Translations under genes and position numbers: made by a program
Shown: one piece after another, positions 58,741-64,000 of the stretch
Layout: each line of letters starts with the position of its first letter
Position numbering within the stretch: the stretch's first letter is position 1
Notes under the pieces: model-generated
Seen by the model: only the letters and a program-made list of their open reading frames with translations
Databases searched by the model: none
Told to the model about the DNA's origin: nothing
Source of the DNA: Anaerolineales bacterium
GTDB taxonomy: Bacteria; Chloroflexota; Anaerolineae; Anaerolineales; E44-bin32
Reading direction: 5' to 3'
Length of the DNA stretch: 64,000 nt
NCBI GenBank assembly: GCA_034430795.1
Contig: DAOUDJ010000116.1
Coordinates: 254 to 64,253, forward strand

Positions 58741-59409
58741 TCATGAGCCTAGATTTCCATTTCCTGATGTCTGGTAGCGATCAATCAAGTCAAACCTTAC
58801 GAAAATAGTACCTAGGGAGAGTTTAGAGAAGGCACCTTTATCGCGGTGAAAGTAATATCGAATCTCAGCGATCTCAACATACCCGGTCCGACCAAAGTAT
58901 TCATAGGAGAGCTTCTTGATAGATTTGACAGCAGGAAGGTTGTAGGGCTCAATGAACGCAACCACCCTCTTATAACTGCCGCTCGCCATCTGAAGAGCTC
59001 TCGAACGGACAGAGGTGTGGACGCCGAGGCTCCTATATTCTGGAATGGTGTAGGCACCATAAAAATAGATCTCGTCATCTGCCAACTCAAACCTGCGATC
59101 CAGGAAATAAGAATAGGCATAACCCACACCCAACCAGGCTGTATCGACGGTCTCCCCTCCATGCGTAGCAATACAGCACTTATGATAGGCAGCAACCCGA
59201 TCAGGTATGTCATTTCGATGAACGAACGGTAGGTTGGCGACACGTTTTTCGATGGCTTCGACATCTTGAGGTAAGCGCACAAATGCGTATTGGATATCAC
59301 AGGGGAGTGTAGGAATATCTTCTCTTAAATCCCTTTGCCAGACCTGCAGGTACTTTATATTTGGCTTTCTGGATAATCGGTTAATGATTTTTCGAAGTGG
59401 GCTATGCAT
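58741..59409 (-). CDS. GNAT-family N-acetyltransferase-like protein
   Basis: YFYGAYTIPEYRSLGVH (R/QxxGxG/A-like AcCoA motif) and N..AVKSIKKLSY. Confidence 0.72.
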   Translation of the reverse strand: MHSPLRKIINRLSRKPNIKYLQVWQRDLREDIPTLPCDIQYAFVRLPQDVEAIEKRVANLPFVHRNDIPDRVAAYHKCCIATHGGETVDTAWLGVGYAYSYFLDRRFELADDEIYFYGAYTIPEYRSLGVHTSVRSRALQMASGSYKRVVAFIEPYNLPAVKSIKKLSYEYFGRTGYVEIAEIRYYFHRDKGAFSKLSLGTIFVRFDLIDRYQTSGNGNLGS

Positions 59410-59564
59410 ACTAAAATAATTAAAGGAGAAAGAATTTCACCTGTAGGAAAATCCTTGATAGGAAGGTAGACTGCATAGAAAAACTGACTTCTCGCTTAAT
59501 AACTCCTTTGATCTGTCAAACGTAGTTTCTGACCGAATTTATGCGTTGGCTACGCCCTCTTTTT

Positions 59565-60863
59565 TTACAAGATTTGTCCGTACATCTCCTCGAGTTGCTC
59601 CATCTCTTGCTCTACAGTTACGACATCAGCTATTCCTGCCCTCAAACGATCTACGAGATCAGGCTCGCTCACAAGTCGCTTCAGTAATCCCGCTAACTCG
59701 ATCCCATTTCCAGGCGAGAAAAGCAACCCGTTTACTTCATGCTGCACGAGTTCTGCCATGCCGCCTAGATTGGAAGCCACCACTGGAGTCTTATATGCAA
59801 AGGCCTCAAGTATGACATTAGGACTGTTCTCATACCACAGGGATGGGACGATGAGCACATCCAAGTCAGCCATGATCGCCGCCAGTTCTTGCTTCCCTGA
59901 AAATTTACCGCAATACTTAATTCGGTGATCACTCTGTGCGATTTGCCCCAACTGATCAGCGTACCCCTTTTCCCGAGACATCTCTCCGTACACCCTTAAT
60001 TCAAGGGGGAGGCTGTTTAGAGATTGGATAGCGTGATACAACGTGTGAACGCCTTTAAAGGATATGATCTGGCCAATATATCCAATGGTGAGGAGTGTAG
60101 ACTTTGGTTCTTCTACTTCAGGTTCCATGACATTCATTTTTTCCATCCCCTGGCGTGAATATCGAATGTGTTTGGAATCGACCCCCGCCTGGATGTGCAT
60201 CTCCCGGAGGAACTTCGATGGAGACAGGATAAGATCCACTCGATTTAATGCGTTTACGAGATAGGTCAATCTCGCATTTGCATTCCTAACTTCTTCCGTA
60301 TGGAGGTTCCAATACCGTCTCATAAGACCAGGGATGTACTTTCCCAGGATGCGGTATCTGCGTTGCTCCTCACGCACGCAGCGCACACAACTGGCCGGGT
60401 CGATCGGGAGCGTTGAGATCTCCCCATCACTTCTCAACATCTGGATACGCGGGCAGAGATACCAGAAATCAACCAGGGTGACCACAACAGGTATGCCGAT
60501 GCGCATCACTTCTCGCAAGGGATTTGCCGTAAGGAGATATCCACCGATTTGATGGTAGATATCAGGCTTATCATTCTGCAGGACCGAACGGATGTGTTCA
60601 CCTATCCAAGGATTGTCATATTGATAACGCGTCCAATATGTGGAAGGTGGATTCTTAAAGGCTAGCCGCTGAACCTGGATACCATCGAAAACATCATCTT
60701 CCCATTGCAGCCCAGTCGAGGGTCCGCGATCGATATATTCCACACAGATGACGCGAACCTGATGCCCTTGCTCTTGCAAGGTCTTAGCAGTCCGATAGGC
60801 TTGCATCTCAGCCCCTGCTGTATATATAGGAGGGAAATGATGGACCGCGATGGTTATCTTCAA
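59565..60863 (-). CDS. GT4 glycosyltransferase with a Cys-containing insertion
   Basis: HHFPP..TAGAE, DFWYLCPR...CVRC, FKGVHTL and PSLWYENSPNVILEA. Confidence 0.9.
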   Translation of the reverse strand: MKITIAVHHFPPIYTAGAEMQAYRTAKTLQEQGHQVRVICVEYIDRGPSTGLQWEDDVFDGIQVQRLAFKNPPSTYWTRYQYDNPWIGEHIRSVLQNDKPDIYHQIGGYLLTANPLREVMRIGIPVVVTLVDFWYLCPRIQMLRSDGEISTLPIDPASCVRCVREEQRRYRILGKYIPGLMRRYWNLHTEEVRNANARLTYLVNALNRVDLILSPSKFLREMHIQAGVDSKHIRYSRQGMEKMNVMEPEVEEPKSTLLTIGYIGQIISFKGVHTLYHAIQSLNSLPLELRVYGEMSREKGYADQLGQIAQSDHRIKYCGKFSGKQELAAIMADLDVLIVPSLWYENSPNVILEAFAYKTPVVASNLGGMAELVQHEVNGLLFSPGNGIELAGLLKRLVSEPDLVDRLRAGIADVVTVEQEMEQLEEMYGQIL

Positions 60864-61115
60864 GAACTTTCTCCTCTCATCCTATCCTCGTAAGTCTGGT
60901 CAAGCCTACAGATGGCTCCTGCAAAGTGGGAACTTGAAGTCGCATATAGGGTCCTAATATCCTATTGAGTTGGAGACTCGCGAGCAGACTGGATAGCTCG
61001 ATTAAACATTGATGTGGATGAACCCGCTGTAGCAAATTAATATCGAGCCAGACCGAGGCTCCCATAAATATTTTCCCGATCCCAGGTCCGACCATGGTTA
61101 TTGCTCAATCTTCAG

Positions 61116-62936
61116 TCAACCTTCATCTTCTAAGACGTATCGGGTTTCAAGCAGCTGGGTCCAAGCATCATGCTCTACGGTTAAGACGAGATCATATTGG
61201 CGCGCTGGGCGGCATCCCTCAAGATCAAAGTTTATGCTGAGTTCAGGTGCCGATATAAAAGCAAACGTTGAGATACCCTTATGGGTAAGGTCTCCAACAA
61301 GATCACAGAAATCATTTTCCGAATCGACTCTAAAGAAGCTATGCTCGTAAAATACTGGGGCCAGGACATGAGGAATCCAATCTACATTTGTGATAATCAC
61401 CGGTATATTCGCAATCGATTCCACTACTTTTCTGTAACGGAGTTCATTAATAAAGACAATTTGAACACCCCTTGCTTGAACACCTATACTCAATACGAGC
61501 AGAGTTACGAAGGCCGTAGACATCAGCCATTCCCCCCATCGAGGCCAAAGAGCCCGCGCAAATCCTTTCAAATGCGTGTAACTAAACCCCAGCAGGAGCA
61601 TAAGCATTGGTACAGCCGGCATGAATAAGCGACCCCCCCACTGACGGCCACTGTTGGATAACGACGTGAGGAAAACAAGAATTAGATATCCGATAGAGAA
61701 TGACAGGAGCAGTCTCTTGCTGCGCTCATATTCCGTATTTGCACCCATATTTGGAATATTGCAGCCGAGATCATCAGGATGGATGGCAAGCCATGGGATC
61801 AATAACAGAAGCGGGGTCGCTTCAACAAAGGAGGTTATCATCCACCCGTGCTTCAAATAATCAATAACTACAGCAATTGCACCCAAGATGCTCATCGAAA
61901 ACCCAAGAGCGAAGAATGCTCGACGATAACGATGCGGTAAGAATTTTGCCGAGAGCAATGATGAAGTGACCAATATTACTAGAGCTATCCAGCGTTTACT
62001 TGAAAGCGGGAAGAAATCTTCGACAAGAATTAGCCGCCGTAGTTCTAAAAATGGGACGGATTGCTCCGCCGACATGACCTCTGCCGTCACCTCAGATACG
62101 ATGTTTGCAATAACATGTATCCCTAACGGATTTCCATAAAGCACTGTATTAAAGGCCCACATAGGCGCCAACCCAAGTATCGCACCAACAAGAAATCGTC
62201 TCGTTCCACTGAATCGCCCGAACTCTCCAGGCTGCAGGAAAACCGCAATCATTCCTGCCGCTACCATCATGTAGAGTTCGGTTCGAAACCAAACGGACAA
62301 GCCGAGGAAAAAACCAGAAGCAATCAGATAGAAACCTTGGCGGGAATTCAATCCTCTCCATGCCCAATAAACACCAACAGTAACCAGTAGAATCGCCAGT
62401 GGATACTCAGACACTAAGAACACGTAGAAAGTTAGTGGGGTTGCCAGCACAGTCGCCAAGGGGGGCAGCCAGGACGCTTCGTCTTTCAATATCGACTTGC
62501 CAAACCAGTACATTACCAAGGCAATTCCGGCAGCGCTGATGATTGATAGGCCATAGATGCCGAAAAGTCCAAAATACCGATAAATTGGAGCATTGACCAA
62601 AGCATAGAAGGCCGGAAATACAGAAACCCAGCGATCATTCTGCATTAAAGAAAGATTGATCAGAGGGAAGAATCTTGGGGCTCCGCTGATAGATTCACCC
62701 GGGTAGCGGATATGAAGGCCAGGGGGATCCATCGTAAGATTCTGAATTTGGATGAATTTCATCCCTTCATCCATGCTCCAGAAAGACTCTTTCGGCAGGG
62801 CTGAGATAGCCACGAGCAATGGTAAAGCAACCATTAAGATTAATAGGTTCTTTTTAATGAATATCTTTGTTATTGGGTTCATTATTTCGATTTTGGTGAT
62901 TTGATTATGAATGAAAAGTTCATGTAGTCCATGCAC
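61116..62936 (-). CDS. GT-C-like polytopic membrane protein
   Basis: WSMDEGMK (DE after TM1), SEYPL, WFRTE and QWGGRLF; many TMs. The real start may be 62882. Confidence 0.65.
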   Translation of the reverse strand: MHGLHELFIHNQITKIEIMNPITKIFIKKNLLILMVALPLLVAISALPKESFWSMDEGMKFIQIQNLTMDPPGLHIRYPGESISGAPRFFPLINLSLMQNDRWVSVFPAFYALVNAPIYRYFGLFGIYGLSIISAAGIALVMYWFGKSILKDEASWLPPLATVLATPLTFYVFLVSEYPLAILLVTVGVYWAWRGLNSRQGFYLIASGFFLGLSVWFRTELYMMVAAGMIAVFLQPGEFGRFSGTRRFLVGAILGLAPMWAFNTVLYGNPLGIHVIANIVSEVTAEVMSAEQSVPFLELRRLILVEDFFPLSSKRWIALVILVTSSLLSAKFLPHRYRRAFFALGFSMSILGAIAVVIDYLKHGWMITSFVEATPLLLLIPWLAIHPDDLGCNIPNMGANTEYERSKRLLLSFSIGYLILVFLTSLSNSGRQWGGRLFMPAVPMLMLLLGFSYTHLKGFARALWPRWGEWLMSTAFVTLLVLSIGVQARGVQIVFINELRYRKVVESIANIPVIITNVDWIPHVLAPVFYEHSFFRVDSENDFCDLVGDLTHKGISTFAFISAPELSINFDLEGCRPARQYDLVLTVEHDAWTQLLETRYVLEDEG

Positions 62937-63124
62937 CCCCCCATTTCAAACGAATACTTGAATATAAACCCAACGTATCTTTTGTCAGCTACCGGTCTAA
63001 TGAGATTGGTCTATTGGCCCCAGAATTTAAACCTGCCAGCCAAACAATTATTTATGATGTATAGGCCTGGCAGGATATTAATTTTATGCTCCTTAAATTA
63101 CCTCAATCTAGGGAAAATATCTTC

Positions 63125-64000
63125 TTAGTTCTGGGCTTCAACATCTGCGGAGGGATTATATTGATATAGATAGCGAGGCCATCCAATTGTGTATCGTTTA
63201 GGCAATGTCGAAAGGGATTTATATTGTTCTCCGAAATCGATGACTAAGCGGTAGCTGTTTCTTAAGAAATTAAGTTCACCATCATCCTCAATTGGCACTG
63301 TGAGCAGAAGAAATGCGTCGTCAGTTGGGGTTGTTATCGGTGCGAATAATTCTTCCTTGGACGGAAATTCTGTCAAACCATTTTCAGTTCCTCTATAAAG
63401 GTCAATCAAAGGAACCATATGCGCACCCGGGCTGAATTCATAATCACTTGGGAGTTGACCGATCCAAGGGGCCGCGACTTTTCCCTCAATCTTATTCAGA
63501 TAGCTAATAAGGCTGAAATAATCCTCTGTTGCTCGATTGGGTATCAACACGGAAAGGGGATTGTAAAGCAATAGAGCAAAGGATACTCCCAATCCAAGAA
63601 CTATTAATCCCCACTTTCTTTCTCGATTAAGTTCATTTGTTACACGCGACAGGCCTATCACCCCTAGAAGAATAATCCATGTAGCCATTGGAATGAATAC
63701 GTTGTTATTGCCTCCTGGATCAAGCGCAGCGCATATGCCACTCAATATTGCTACTGGCAACATCACATGCCAATAATCAAGATGTTTGAATGCCCACTTA
63801 TTATTCGTAATTTTGAAGATAAGACTCGCTACTCCTGCGAAGCCAAGCACGGCGAAATAGCGAATAGAATAATAAGCAGGGCGCAGAATTGTGGATCGCA
63901 TTTCAAAGTCGACCCAGTTTCTTGGAAGCTGAAACGTATATACATGAAACCATGGTCCGAATAATCGTGGAGCTAAGTAGAGATAAAAAATAGGTATTAC
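63125..64000 (-). CDS. Polytopic membrane protein (GT-C-like), 5' end outside the window
   Basis: The frame is open from 64000 (VIPIFYLYLAPRLFGPW...) into the 258-aa ORF. TM segments are followed by a soluble C-terminal domain. Confidence 0.6.
   Translation of the reverse strand, partial: VIPIFYLYLAPRLFGPWFHVYTFQLPRNWVDFEMRSTILRPAYYSIRYFAVLGFAGVASLIFKITNNKWAFKHLDYWHVMLPVAILSGICAALDPGGNNNVFIPMATWIILLGVIGLSRVTNELNRERKWGLIVLGLGVSFALLLYNPLSVLIPNRATEDYFSLISYLNKIEGKVAAPWIGQLPSDYEFSPGAHMVPLIDLYRGTENGLTEFPSKEELFAPITTPTDDAFLLLTVPIEDDGELNFLRNSYRLVIDFGEQYKSLSTLPKRYTIGWPRYLYQYNPSADVEAQN

Noticed and set aside
1023-63964. Numerous 60-160 aa ORFs antisense to or overlapping the long genes (for example 28885-29376, 40563-41015, 58812-59300)
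   Set aside because: Shadow ORFs with no motifs or RBS, fully overlapping well-supported CDSs.
1-64000. CRISPR arrays, tRNA/rRNA, prophage or defence genes
   Set aside because: No regularly spaced repeats, RNA gene signatures or relevant protein motifs were seen on manual reading.

Overview
The window is almost entirely one large, mosaic cell-surface glycan biosynthesis locus. Apart from gmhB and the two + strand IS elements (IS30, ISNCY), every gene lies on the minus strand. The host is probably a monoderm bacterium, and the protein style suggests Chloroflexota/Anaerolineae (inference; no marker gene is present). Core glycan genes: a Wzc-like co-polymerase/tyrosine kinase, a WcaJ/WsaP-type initiating transferase, two Wzx flippases, an O-antigen ligase/Wzy-like protein, about ten GT1/GT2/GT4 transferases and six GT-C-like polytopic membrane proteins. 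Accessory enzymes: heptose-pathway enzymes (GmhB and an HddA-GmhA fusion), two radical SAM enzymes, two AsnB-like ligases lacking the catalytic Cys, a CapA-like metallophosphoesterase, a GNAT and a methyltransferase. The most unusual elements are (i) two adjacent nucleotide-sugar enzymes each ending in a GAF domain (HddA-GmhA-GAF and epimerase-GAF), (ii) an embedded, partly decayed module of a UbiA prenyltransferase, several GGR/CrtI-like flavoproteins, an RPH/PigC-type PEP-utilising phosphotransferase and a GT1, and (iii) a Zn-ribbon-GT2 fusion. Three degenerate IS elements (IS30, IS701-like DDE, ISNCY/IS1202-like) and several gene relics mark the left third as a turnover zone. No rRNA, tRNA or CRISPR array was seen. 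All family assignments come from motif recognition by eye; no database searches were run.
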